A DNA stretch of 59,906 nucleotides from an uncultured Gammaproteobacteria bacterium (GTDB lineage: Bacteria; Pseudomonadota; Gammaproteobacteria; GCA-001735895): NCBI GenBank assembly GCA_937936805.1, contig CALDDP010000180.1, forward strand, positions 1 through 59,906, given 5' to 3'. The translations under genes were made by a program, and so were the position numbers. A model generated the notes under the pieces. It did no database searches and was not told the DNA's origin. It saw nothing but the letters and a program-made list of their open reading frames with translations. Positions 37,286-46,492 of this stretch are shown in pieces. Numbering within the stretch: position 1 is the first letter of the stretch; each line of letters starts with the position of its first letter.

Positions 37286-37370
37286 TCACAAAATAGTGCG
37301 GCAAAATTGTTACCGCTTTAAGTCCCGCCCGGGCGGGTTGTTGGCCTGAAAATTGCTAGTATTTCCTACC

Positions 37371-38105
37371 ATGAGGATACAAATGATATTGACCCACTTA
37401 ATAAGTTTCAGCCGGAGTAGCGCGGTCACTGCCTGCTTGATGCTGATGATTTCATTGCCCTCACAGGCAACAGAGTTCTACAGCCTGGCGTCGATTCGCA
37501 TGCAAATCGAGTCCTTTATCATGAACTACCCTTACGCAAGCCCTTACCCACCTCGGTTTCAACTCGGCAAGCTGGATTCCAGATTACGTCTCAAAGCCTG
37601 CGCGGAGCCACTTTCGATCGAATTTGCACGGCGCAACATGGTGAGTGGAAATACGGCGGTCCTGGTGCGATGCCCACAGGAATCAGCCTGGAAAATCCAT
37701 TTGCCCGTGACTATCGATGTTTTTGACGACGTCCTCGTCGCTGCGAAACCATTGCTAAAAGGTCAATTTATTGACACAGATGCGGTCCGTTTCCAGAAAC
37801 AAAACATCGCCAGGCTGAAAAACGGCTACTATTCGAGGGACAGTAACCTGGAGCAGTTGGAGTCACGGCGGAACCTGGCGCAGGGCACTGTCTTGACCCC
37901 GGCCAATTTAAGCCCCCGTTTACTGGTGCACTCGGGACAACAGGTCACTCTGGTGCTGGATTACAACGGTATGCAGATCAGATCGACTGATGAAGCGCTG
38001 CGCTCAGCCAGCCTCGGCGAGGTGGTCAGGGTTCGTAACAGCCAGTCGCTTAAAATTGTCGAAGGGGTTGTCTCGGGGGAAGCACAGGTCAGGGTAAATC
38101 TCTAA
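37371..38105 (+). CDS. flgA: flagellar basal-body P-ring formation chaperone FlgA
   Basis: Signal peptide and the C-terminal SAF-like motif GEVVRVRNSQSLKIVEGVVSGEAQVRV. The start could be ATG 37371 or ATG 37383; the tracked TTG at 37353 is less likely. Confidence 0.85.
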   Translation: MRIQMILTHLISFSRSSAVTACLMLMISLPSQATEFYSLASIRMQIESFIMNYPYASPYPPRFQLGKLDSRLRLKACAEPLSIEFARRNMVSGNTAVLVRCPQESAWKIHLPVTIDVFDDVLVAAKPLLKGQFIDTDAVRFQKQNIARLKNGYYSRDSNLEQLESRRNLAQGTVLTPANLSPRLLVHSGQQVTLVLDYNGMQIRSTDEALRSASLGEVVRVRNSQSLKIVEGVVSGEAQVRVNL

Positions 38106-38129
38106 TGAATTCTTTTATGCTTTTAGATG

Positions 38130-38156
38130 TAAACTATTTTACCATGCTGCCGATAA
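38130..38156 (+). promoter_or_regulatory. sigma28 (FliA) promoter of flgMN
   Basis: TAAA-N15-GCCGATAA, an exact match to the enterobacterial FliA consensus spacing and -10 element. It ends 31 nt before the flgM ATG. Confidence 0.75.
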
Positions 38157-38187
38157 GGTATATGGGTTATCTCAAAGGAAACCAGCA

Positions 38188-38505
38188 ATGACTGACGCGA
38201 TTAATGCACAAAACCGTCCGCGAACTACCGGAGTATCCGCTGATACCAGGGCCGGCTCTACCGCGAAAACAAACCAAACTGGCGAACAGGGGAAGCCTGC
38301 TGCCGGCAGTAGCGACGAAGCAAGTATCGTCGAGCTTAGCAGCGCCAGGCTGCTTGATGAACTGAGTGAGCAAATCAAGAATCTTCCCGAGGTTAACGAG
38401 GCTCGTGTCGACGCGGTCAAGCAGGCATTGGGGAACGGCGAGTATCAACCCGATGCCGAGGTGATTGCACGCAAGTACAGTGAAATCGAGAAGCTACTGC
38501 CATGA
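38188..38505 (+). CDS. flgM: anti-sigma-28 factor FlgM
   Basis: 105 aa. C-terminal RVDAVKQALGNGEYQPDAEVIARK. Located downstream of flgA, with AAAGGA as SD. Confidence 0.9.
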   Translation: MTDAINAQNRPRTTGVSADTRAGSTAKTNQTGEQGKPAAGSSDEASIVELSSARLLDELSEQIKNLPEVNEARVDAVKQALGNGEYQPDAEVIARKYSEIEKLLP

Positions 38506-38993
38506 ATAGCAGCCAATGCCGCGAGCAACTAACAGCGTTACTGGAGGCCCATATTGCGCGCATCTCCAGCGCTAACGATTTCCTGCTTGCGATCAAGAAT
38601 GCAATTGCTGCCAACCAGCTGGAGAATCTGCAGCAGTCACTAGCCAACCCCGAACTCGCGCTTGACCAGATCGAACAACTCGAGCAACAGCGGCATCAGC
38701 TCCTGTCAACTTACGGATTCAGCGAAAACAGCGATGGCTTCGAAAAATGTGTAGCCTGGTGTGATAACGAGCAGGGACAGGTTTCCAGGCTTTATCAACA
38801 GTTGATTCAGGGACTGCTGCAACTGCAACATTCGATTCAGCTCAATAACCTGCTTATTGCCAGAGGCCAGGATCGCATACGACGTTCCCTCGGGGTTTTG
38901 ACCGGGCTTGGTGCGATGGGCAACTGCAAGACCTATAGCAGCAATGGCAAAACACTCAGTCCCGCCAGTCAGTGCGACATCGCCATCGCCTGA
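38502..38993 (+). CDS. flgN: flagellar export chaperone FlgN
   Basis: 163 aa, helical and Gln/Leu-rich. ATGA overlap with flgM, in the conserved flgM-flgN position. Confidence 0.75.
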   Translation: MNSSQCREQLTALLEAHIARISSANDFLLAIKNAIAANQLENLQQSLANPELALDQIEQLEQQRHQLLSTYGFSENSDGFEKCVAWCDNEQGQVSRLYQQLIQGLLQLQHSIQLNNLLIARGQDRIRRSLGVLTGLGAMGNCKTYSSNGKTLSPASQCDIAIA

Positions 38994-39033
38994 TATCGCT
39001 TGTTAACCACTATTTGTGCTATCTGACGCAGGC

Positions 39034-39060
39034 AAAAAAAACCCCATCACTAAAATGGGG
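39034..39060 (-). terminator. orphan rho-independent terminator oriented for the minus strand
   Basis: Minus strand CCCCAU-UUUAGUG-AUGGGG followed by eight U residues. On the plus strand there is no U tract, so it is not a canonical flgN terminator. Confidence 0.6.
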
Positions 39061-39241
39061 CCAACACACAAAGAAATAATCCAGCTTCAGATTTTAACCA
39101 CCTCCCCCGGCAGGAACTGGGAGCTGGATCTCAAAACCCGGTCAGATTAACGGGAATTATCACTGACCAGCCAAAATCTCAATGAATCACTTGATCGCTT
39201 TGCTGACCTGTGGACCCGGCAACAATAAATATCGCCTCAGG

Positions 39242-39270
39242 TTAGAAAACCCCGGCAGTACCGTTATAAT
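39242..39270 (+). promoter_or_regulatory. sigma70-type promoter of dapC
   Basis: TTAGAA-N17-TATAAT, ending 27 nt before the dapC ATG at 39298. Confidence 0.5.
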
Positions 39271-39297
39271 GTGTGCACCAGCCCGGACGCATTCCTG

Positions 39298-40497
39298 ATG
39301 AATAAAGATCTAGCCCTGCTCCAGCCTTATCCGTTTGAAAAACTGGCCCAGCTCAAACTGGGTTCGCAGCCGCCGGGACATCTCGATCACATCGCCCTGT
39401 CAATCGGCGAGCCTCAGCATCCGGCGCCGCATTTCGTCGTGGAAAACCTGATCCGGCATTTGCACCAGTTATCGAACTACCCCAGCACGCGCGGTAGTGA
39501 CGAATTGCGCACAGCTATAGCGGTCTGGCTGTCGGCCCGCTTCGGCATTACAGCAAACCTGGTCGACCCTGGAGTTAACCTGCTACCGGTGAGCGGAACG
39601 CGTGAAGCCCTGTTTGCGATCGCGCAATGCGTAGTCGACCGCAACGCGGCGAATCCACTGGTGTTCATGCCCAACCCTTTCTACCAGATCTACGAAGGCG
39701 CCGCGGTACTGGCCGGAGCCTCCCCTGCTTACCTCGATTGCCTGCCGGCAAACGATTTCCTGCCGGATCTCGGCCAGGTCGAGGAAAAGCAATGGGCAGA
39801 CTGCCAGATGATTTATATTTGCAACCCGGGTAATCCCACCGGGGCGGTGATGTCGACGCGGTATCTGCAGCAACTGATCGAGCTTGCTCATCGATATGAC
39901 TTCGTTATCGCCAGCGATGAGTGTTACTCGGAGATTTTTTTCGATGAAGGCAACCCTCCTCCGGGACTGCTGGGTGTAGCCGCCGCCATGGGCAATGATG
40001 ACTTCAGCCATTGCCTCGTATTTCACAGCCTGTCGAAACGCTCCAATTTACCCGGGCTGCGTTCCGGATTCGTCGCCGGTGATGCGCGAATAGTGGAAAA
40101 ATTCCTGCTCTATCGGACTTATCACGGCTGCGCCCTGCCGCCTGCGACGCAGACCGCAAGTGCCGCGGCCTGGTCGGACGAAGCCCACGTGGTCGAGAAT
40201 CGTGCGCTTTATCGACAAAAATTTGAGCGGGTTTTGGCCCTGCTTTCTGATACACTCGCGCCGCAGAAACCGCAGGCAGGTTTTTACCTGTGGGCGAGAA
40301 CCCCGATTTCGGATACCGAATTTGCACGGCGGCTTTACGCTGAACAAAATGTAACCGTGCTGCCAGGGCAATTCCTCGCGCGCGATCACGGTAACGGCAA
40401 TCCGGGCGAGAACCGGGTGCGCATGGCGTTGGTGGCTCCACTGGATGAATGTGTCGACGCGGCCGCACGAATCAACTCTTTGTTAGCAGTTCTTTAG
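39298..40497 (+). CDS. dapC: succinyldiaminopimelate transaminase
   Basis: [19 protein letters not shown]... N-terminus typical of proteobacterial DapC. Class-I aminotransferase ([14 protein letters not shown]). The tracked GTG at 39271 is unlikely to be the start. Confidence 0.85.
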   Translation: MNKDLALLQPYPFEKLAQLKLGSQPPGHLDHIALSIGEPQHPAPHFVVENLIRHLHQLSNYPSTRGSDELRTAIAVWLSARFGITANLVDPGVNLLPVSGTREALFAIAQCVVDRNAANPLVFMPNPFYQIYEGAAVLAGASPAYLDCLPANDFLPDLGQVEEKQWADCQMIYICNPGNPTGAVMSTRYLQQLIELAHRYDFVIASDECYSEIFFDEGNPPPGLLGVAAAMGNDDFSHCLVFHSLSKRSNLPGLRSGFVAGDARIVEKFLLYRTYHGCALPPATQTASAAAWSDEAHVVENRALYRQKFERVLALLSDTLAPQKPQAGFYLWARTPISDTEFARRLYAEQNVTVLPGQFLARDHGNGNPGENRVRMALVAPLDECVDAAARINSLLAVL

Positions 40498-40507
40498 GAG
40501 ATACGAC

Positions 40508-41329
40508 ATGGCTGAACTTCAGCAAATTATCGAACAGGCATTCGAAAATCGCGCTGAAATAACCCCCGACAACGTCACCGCCGAAACCAGGGAAGCGGTA
40601 CTCGCGGCGATTGAACTGCTCGACTCGGGGCAGCAACGCGTAGCCGAACCGGTTAGTGATGGCTGGCAGGTTAACGAGTGGCTGAAAAAGGCTGTGTTGC
40701 TATCCTTCCGCATCCGCGAGAACCAGGTCATGCCGGGTGGCTTTACCCAGTACTACGACAAGGTGGACTCGAAGTTCGACGGCTGTAGCGCCGCACAGCA
40801 CGCCGCCAGCGGTGTGCGCGTGGTTCCACCCGCGGTGGCGCGCAAAGGTTCATATGTCGCGCCCGGTGTTGTCATGATGCCTTCGTATGTCAATATCGGC
40901 GCCTACGTGGACAGCGGCACCATGGTCGATACCTGGGCAACCGTTGGCTCCTGTGCGCAAATTGGCAAGAATGTGCATCTATCCGGTGGCGTGGGTATTG
41001 GCGGGGTACTCGAACCGCTGCAGGCCTCACCGACAATAATCGAGGACAATTGCTTCATCGGTGCCCGCTCAGAAGTCGTTGAGGGCGTTATCGTCGAAAA
41101 GAACTCGGTTATTTCGATGGGCGTCTATATTGGTCAAAGTACCAAGATTTACAACCGTGAAACCGACACGGTGAGCTACGGGCGAATCCCCCAGGGATCG
41201 GTGGTGGTAGCCGGCAACCTGCCGTCCGCGGATGGCAGGTATAGTCTCTATTGCGCGGTAATCGTCAAACAGGTCGATGAAAAAACGCGGGCCAAGGTTG
41301 GCATCAACGAACTGATACGTAACATCTAA
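40508..41329 (+). CDS. dapD: 2,3,4,5-tetrahydropyridine-2,6-dicarboxylate N-succinyltransferase
   Basis: 273 aa with hexapeptide repeats and an N-terminal domain ([17 protein letters not shown]...). Confidence 0.95.
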   Translation: MAELQQIIEQAFENRAEITPDNVTAETREAVLAAIELLDSGQQRVAEPVSDGWQVNEWLKKAVLLSFRIRENQVMPGGFTQYYDKVDSKFDGCSAAQHAASGVRVVPPAVARKGSYVAPGVVMMPSYVNIGAYVDSGTMVDTWATVGSCAQIGKNVHLSGGVGIGGVLEPLQASPTIIEDNCFIGARSEVVEGVIVEKNSVISMGVYIGQSTKIYNRETDTVSYGRIPQGSVVVAGNLPSADGRYSLYCAVIVKQVDEKTRAKVGINELIRNI

Positions 41330-41482
41330 CCTGCATATTGCATGAAGGCGAGCACCGAGTGTCGTGAGAAATTGATTTAATGAGGGATAGTAAGGATTTA
41401 ATATGAATACTATTGATCACATTATGCGCCTGAACGAACACCAGGGGAAATCTGGTTTCGTTCCCTTCATGCAGTATGCAGG
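41330..41482. repeat. 153-bp element bounded by 19-bp near-perfect inverted repeats
   Basis: CCTGCATATTGCATGAAGG (41330-41348) pairs with CCTTCATGCAGTATGCAGG (41464-41482). This is 18 of 19 complementary, and the single mismatch is a G-U pair in plus-strand RNA. Confidence 0.8.
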
Positions 41483-41493
41483 CTAGCTGTCCG

Positions 41494-41847
41494 ATGGCAC
41501 TCCCGGTAACACTCTACGGCATATCCAGCTGTGATACGATCAGAAAAGCCAAAGCCTGGTTGAAAAACCAGCAGATCGAGTTCGAGTTCCACGATTATCG
41601 CAAGCAGGGACTGGAGCAGAAACTGCTGCAGTCGATGATCTCTGAGCTGGGATGGGAGGCGATGCTCAATCGCCGCGGCACCACCTGGAGAGCTCTGCCC
41701 GACAAACTTAAACAACAGATTGACGAGGCATCGGCAATGCGCGTAATGCTGGATAACCCGGCGATCATCAAACGCCCGATACTCGCCAGGGGCGATCAGC
41801 TCCATCTGGGATTCAGTGATCGGCAATACCAGGAGATATTTAGCTAA
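41494..41847 (+). CDS. ArsC/Spx-family reductase (YffB-like)
   Basis: MALPVTLYGISSCDTIRKAKAWL... Conserved position immediately upstream of dapE, as for E. coli yffB. Confidence 0.85.
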   Translation: MALPVTLYGISSCDTIRKAKAWLKNQQIEFEFHDYRKQGLEQKLLQSMISELGWEAMLNRRGTTWRALPDKLKQQIDEASAMRVMLDNPAIIKRPILARGDQLHLGFSDRQYQEIFS

Positions 41848-41850
41848 ACC

Positions 41851-42981
41851 ATGACCTCGGCAACCCTGCAACTGGCAACCGACCTGATAGCCAGACCTTC
41901 AATCACCCCGGACGATGCCGGCTGCCAGGCAATGCTGATCGAGCGGCTAACCGCGATCGGCTTCGAATGCGAGACCATGGTTTTCGACGACGTAACCAAT
42001 CTGTGGGCGCGCCGCGGGCGCGCCGCACCGGTGCTGGCATTTGCCGGACATACCGACGTTGTACCTCCCGGCCCACTGGAACAGTGGCATAGCGACCCGT
42101 TCGTCCCGGAAATTCGGGACGGCAATCTGTTTGGACGAGGCGCCGCGGACATGAAATCGAGTATCGCCGCGATGGTTACGGCCTGTGAAAGATTTGTCGC
42201 GCAGCACGCACAGCATCAGGGCTCTATTGCACTGTTGATCACCAGTGACGAGGAAGGCATTGCTACCAACGGTACGGTCAAGGTAATCGAGGTGCTCGAG
42301 GCGCGCGGAGAGAAAATTGACTGGGCCCTGATCGGCGAACCTTCCAGCCTGGCCCATGTGGGTGACGTTGTAAAAAATGGCAGGCGCGGTTCGATCGGCG
42401 CAAAGCTGATAATTAACGGAGTGCAAGGACATGTTGCCTACCCGCACAAGGTGGATAACCCGATCCATCGGGCAATGCCGGCATTACACGACCTGGCGCG
42501 ACACGAATGGGACCCGGGAAACAGCTTTTTCCCACCGACCAGCCTGCAGATTTCAAACATCAATTCCGGCACCGGCGCCCATAACGTGGTCCCCGCACAC
42601 GCCGAGGTCTGGTTTAACCTGCGTTACTCAACCGAGATCGACGCAAAACAAATTATCGAAACCACCCGGGTGATTCTCGACAAACACGAACTCGACTATG
42701 ACATTAACTGGTCGGTTTCGGGTTATCCTTTCCTGACCCCGGAAGGAGAGCTGGTGGAAGCGGCCAGGCAGGCTATTAAACAGCATACCGGCCATGCTCC
42801 CGCACTCGAAACCACCGGTGGTACGTCAGATGGTCGCTTCATCGCACCAACCGGCGCCCAGGTACTCGAACTGGGACCAGTCAACGAGACAATTCACAAG
42901 CTCAATGAACATGTGAATGTCAAAGAGCTCGATCTGTTGTCCGACATCTACCATAGTATTCTCGAAAATCTGCTGTCTTGA
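41851..42981 (+). CDS. dapE: succinyl-diaminopimelate desuccinylase
   Basis: 376 aa, M20 peptidase family. Motifs [24 protein letters not shown]. Confidence 0.95.
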   Translation: MTSATLQLATDLIARPSITPDDAGCQAMLIERLTAIGFECETMVFDDVTNLWARRGRAAPVLAFAGHTDVVPPGPLEQWHSDPFVPEIRDGNLFGRGAADMKSSIAAMVTACERFVAQHAQHQGSIALLITSDEEGIATNGTVKVIEVLEARGEKIDWALIGEPSSLAHVGDVVKNGRRGSIGAKLIINGVQGHVAYPHKVDNPIHRAMPALHDLARHEWDPGNSFFPPTSLQISNINSGTGAHNVVPAHAEVWFNLRYSTEIDAKQIIETTRVILDKHELDYDINWSVSGYPFLTPEGELVEAARQAIKQHTGHAPALETTGGTSDGRFIAPTGAQVLELGPVNETIHKLNEHVNVKELDLLSDIYHSILENLLS

Positions 42982-43886
42982 CGCAGCTAACCGGACGCTT
43001 CGCACCCTCTCCGTCAGGACCCCTTCATTTCGGATCGCTGGTCGCCGCAGTGGCGAGCTACTGCGAGGCTAAATCACGTCACGGACTATGGTTGTTGCGT
43101 ATCGAGGATGTCGACACGCCACGGGTCGTTGCCGGCGCCAGCGAACAGATTCTGCGCGATCTGGAGGCTTTTGGCTTTGCCTGGGATGGCGCGGTGTTGT
43201 ATCAAAGCGATCAGTTCGAGCATTACCAGTTCTATCTCGATCAATTGCTGGCGCAGGGTGATTGCTATGCCTGCGAATGCAGCCGCAGAAGCCTGCGCGA
43301 ACATGGTGTACGCACCGGTCCACTGGGGCAGATTTACCCCGGCCTGTGCCGTCTGAAGCAGTTACCAGTCGCTAATCACTCGCTTCGACTCAACACCGAA
43401 AAAGCGTCATCGATTGGTTTTTCAGATCGGGTTTATGGCGAGTTTGCATTAAACCTGCCCGAATCGGTGGGCGATTTTGTGCTCAAGCGGGTAGACAACG
43501 TTTTTGCCTACCATCTCGCCGTAGTTGTCGACGACCAGCTGCAGGGTGTCAACCAGGTAGTACGTGGCGCTGATTTACTGGAAAATACCTGCCTGCATCT
43601 TTACCTGCAGCAAAAACTATCATTTGCGACACCCGAATACATGCACATCCCGCTGGTCAACAACGCGCTGGGGGTGAAGCTCAGTAAACAGACCGGGGCT
43701 ACAGCCTTAGATCACCGGCATGCATCGAGGCAGCTGGCTGCCGCGTTACGTCATCTGGGACAGACACCGCCAGCAGAACTAGGCAACCACGACCCGGCCG
43801 AAATCCTGCGTTGGGCAGTCGACAACTGGAATCATGCGTTAATTCCAGTGCCGCCGAGAACAGCCGCGGAAGGTATCCAGGATTAA
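42978..43886 (+). CDS. gluQ: tRNA glutamyl-Q(34) synthetase
   Basis: [22 protein letters not shown]... and KLSKQ. A truncated GluRS-like protein of 302 aa. ATGA overlap with dapE. Confidence 0.9.
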   Translation: MTQLTGRFAPSPSGPLHFGSLVAAVASYCEAKSRHGLWLLRIEDVDTPRVVAGASEQILRDLEAFGFAWDGAVLYQSDQFEHYQFYLDQLLAQGDCYACECSRRSLREHGVRTGPLGQIYPGLCRLKQLPVANHSLRLNTEKASSIGFSDRVYGEFALNLPESVGDFVLKRVDNVFAYHLAVVVDDQLQGVNQVVRGADLLENTCLHLYLQQKLSFATPEYMHIPLVNNALGVKLSKQTGATALDHRHASRQLAAALRHLGQTPPAELGNHDPAEILRWAVDNWNHALIPVPPRTAAEGIQD

Positions 43887-43941
43887 CCAGTTTGCGCTAA
43901 ACTACGTGATTCCGGAGTCAAAGCAAACAAAGGTCAATAAA

Positions 43942-44292
43942 ATGCTTAAAACCGCAGGTGATTTGATCAGCGAAGCCCAGCAGCATATAGAGTGCGTGGA
44001 TGTCGCAACAGCCAAGAAAATCTACGACGAAAACCCTGATGCGGTCATTGTCGATGTGCGTGAATCCCACAGCTCGAATGAGTCCAAGTTAACCAACTCG
44101 GTCAATATTTCGCGCGGGTTACTGGAAATGCAGGTGCACAAGGAATGCCCCGCGGCTACAACGGTGATACTGACCCATTGTGGCGGCGGCGGGCGCGCAT
44201 CGCTCGCGGCCTACTCGCTTAAACAGCTCGGCTATTCAGAGGTATACGCGATAACTGCACCCTTTGATGAAATCAAAAAAGTATTCGGTTAG
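43942..44292 (+). CDS. rhodanese-like sulfurtransferase domain protein
   Basis: Active-site loop HCGGGGRAS. About 116 aa from ATG 43942; the tracked GTG at 43906 is possible. Confidence 0.8.
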   Translation: MLKTAGDLISEAQQHIECVDVATAKKIYDENPDAVIVDVRESHSSNESKLTNSVNISRGLLEMQVHKECPAATTVILTHCGGGGRASLAAYSLKQLGYSEVYAITAPFDEIKKVFG

Positions 44293-44295
44293 CGC

Positions 44296-45516
44296 TTATT
44301 TGACCTGGTCGATGATCAGGTTGATCTGTGCTGGTGGATTTTTACTGTCTACCGCTTCGCGTTCGGTATAGAAATCACCGCTTTGTGCCACCGGGTTACC
44401 GCTGCTCGACACGCGTGCGCCAACGATAACCTGGTCAAATGATGACAGCTTCATCGTTGGCATCATCGCGTCATTGTCACTTAGCGTCAAAGATACCGGC
44501 AAATCACTCAGCTGCAGCTTTCGCACCGCTAACGGCATCGGCGGACCCTGCATTGCCTTGGCGTAAATAAACACTGCCGTATCCGGACTGGCCCTGGCCT
44601 TGAGTTCGGCACTGATATCGACGACCAGCTTTATGCCGGCTGCATTGTCGGCGGCGGCCGTTTTGGCCAGTTGCGGATCGCGCTCTTCGAGCGTCGCCAG
44701 CAAACCCCGCACTTCGCGCGAGGAAGCCTGATTGTCTGCGATCAGGGGTAGCAGCAAGCTCCAGTTGCGGTGCGCTGCCTTGTAATCCTGGCGCTGTTCG
44801 GCGGCCATACCGGCAAGCCAGAGACCGTTTGGAAAGCGTGGTGCGAGCTCCAGGCCACGCTGCACCAATGCTTCAGGCTCACCCAGCAGATTGCCATTGT
44901 TTTGCATCGCCAGCGCATCGGCGAGCGCAAACATGATACCGGGCTCATCGACAAGCAGATCATTACTGCGTTGAAATGCTGTAACTGCCTGATCGTACTG
45001 CTGCCTGGCCATCATCGTTCTGCCGAGCATAAACCATCCCTCCGCATCCTCCGGATTGTCCTGCAGTCGCTGCTTGATCGCGGCCGTCATTTCTTCCAGG
45101 CTCATCTGCGGGGCCGCGGCAGTTTGTTGGCGGGGTGCGGCAAGTGCCAGTTGCGGATTCTCTACCACCCGGTATTCACCATAGACCAGGTAAAGCGAAA
45201 CACTGGCTACGGGTATTGCCAGCAACACCACAATCGCCATCCACTTGCCACGTGTTTTTTCACTGTCCGCCGCGCTGCGATCGAGTTCCAGTGCCAGCGA
45301 AGTCTGCAGGTCAAGGTAAGCACTGTCATAAGTCGCCTGATCAATCTCGGCACCCTTAAGCTGGGTTTCAAGTTGCTGCTTTTTCTCGCGCGCGATTTGA
45401 ATATTCTGCTGCTGGCGTTGATCGCTTTGCTGCGCCCGCACAGTCCGCATCAGTGGAATTAATAAAATCGCAAGCGCAAGCGCAAGCAGCAAAATGACGG
45501 CTATCCAGAAACTCAT
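44296..45516 (-). CDS. ccmI: cytochrome c-type biogenesis protein CcmI
   Basis: N-terminal TM helix, TPR region, and its position last in the ccm cluster. Confidence 0.85.
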   Translation of the reverse strand: MSFWIAVILLLALALAILLIPLMRTVRAQQSDQRQQQNIQIAREKKQQLETQLKGAEIDQATYDSAYLDLQTSLALELDRSAADSEKTRGKWMAIVVLLAIPVASVSLYLVYGEYRVVENPQLALAAPRQQTAAAPQMSLEEMTAAIKQRLQDNPEDAEGWFMLGRTMMARQQYDQAVTAFQRSNDLLVDEPGIMFALADALAMQNNGNLLGEPEALVQRGLELAPRFPNGLWLAGMAAEQRQDYKAAHRNWSLLLPLIADNQASSREVRGLLATLEERDPQLAKTAAADNAAGIKLVVDISAELKARASPDTAVFIYAKAMQGPPMPLAVRKLQLSDLPVSLTLSDNDAMMPTMKLSSFDQVIVGARVSSSGNPVAQSGDFYTEREAVDSKNPPAQINLIIDQVK

Positions 45517-45971
45517 TTACGTGACTCGTTATCTTCCAGCAGCTGTTTTGCTTCGGCCATTGCACCGGCATCGACTTCAACTGGTTTATCGGCAGCGCGC
45601 AGGCGGCGCACAACCAGGTAAAGCACGAGCACTAAAAGCAGAAAAGGTCCCAGCCACAACAAATAGGTGCTGGTTTTAAATTGTGGACGGTAGAGAACAA
45701 AGTCGCCGTAACGTGCAACCATAAAGTCGACTACTTCCTGCTGCGACTTTCCCTGCTGCAACATCTGGTAGGTTTCGCGGCGCAGATCACGCGCCAGATC
45801 GGCATCGGACCCGGAAAGGTTCTGATTCTGACATACCAGGCAGCGCAGTTCATCGATGAGCTGGTTATAGTCCGCCTCCATTTCAGGTGAATCGAACTGG
45901 TAGGCCTCGATAGCAGCCTGCAGCGGCGCGATCCAGAGGCTAAAAACAACCAGCAAAACCAGGCGCTTCAA
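45513..45971 (-). CDS. ccmH: cytochrome c-type biogenesis protein CcmH
   Basis: LRCLVCQNQNL CxxC motif, signal peptide and a C-terminal TM helix. TTG start overlaps the ccmG stop. Confidence 0.9.
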   Translation of the reverse strand: MKRLVLLVVFSLWIAPLQAAIEAYQFDSPEMEADYNQLIDELRCLVCQNQNLSGSDADLARDLRRETYQMLQQGKSQQEVVDFMVARYGDFVLYRPQFKTSTYLLWLGPFLLLVLVLYLVVRRLRAADKPVEVDAGAMAEAKQLLEDNESRK

Positions 45972-46492
45972 CTCTTCAGCTCCTTGAGCATAGGCAGGAT
46001 TGTCTGCTCCAGCGACTCGTGCGTTACCGGGCCTATATGTTTGTACTTGATCATGCCATCGGCGCCGATGACGAAGGTTTCCGGCACGCCGTAAACTCCC
46101 CAGTCAATACCGACGCGCCCGTCACGATCTATCACGCTGGTGGCATAGGGATTACCAAACTGCTCCAGCCAGCGGGTCGCATCGGCGGGCTCATCCTTGT
46201 AGTTGAGTCCCACCACGGTAACCAGTTTCCTATTCGCCAGTTCGGTAATGACCTCGTGCTCCGCGCGGCAGGATACGCACCATGAAGCCCATACATTTAA
46301 CACCCAGACCTGCCCCGACATATCCTTCGTGGAAAGCTGCCGCGACGGCGTTTCCAGCATCGATAAAGTGAATTCAGGCGCCGGTTTGTCGATCAGCGGT
46401 GACGGGACTTTCTTCGGGTCCAGGCGCAAGCCGTAGCCTAGCAATCCGACCATCAGCACAAACACAACCAGCGGCAGCGCAAAACGAATCAT
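45968..46492 (-). CDS. ccmG: thiol:disulfide interchange protein DsbE/CcmG
   Basis: WASWCVSCRAEH (CxxC) motif and the GVYGVPETF motif. Confidence 0.95.
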   Translation of the reverse strand: MIRFALPLVVFVLMVGLLGYGLRLDPKKVPSPLIDKPAPEFTLSMLETPSRQLSTKDMSGQVWVLNVWASWCVSCRAEHEVITELANRKLVTVVGLNYKDEPADATRWLEQFGNPYATSVIDRDGRVGIDWGVYGVPETFVIGADGMIKYKHIGPVTHESLEQTILPMLKELKS

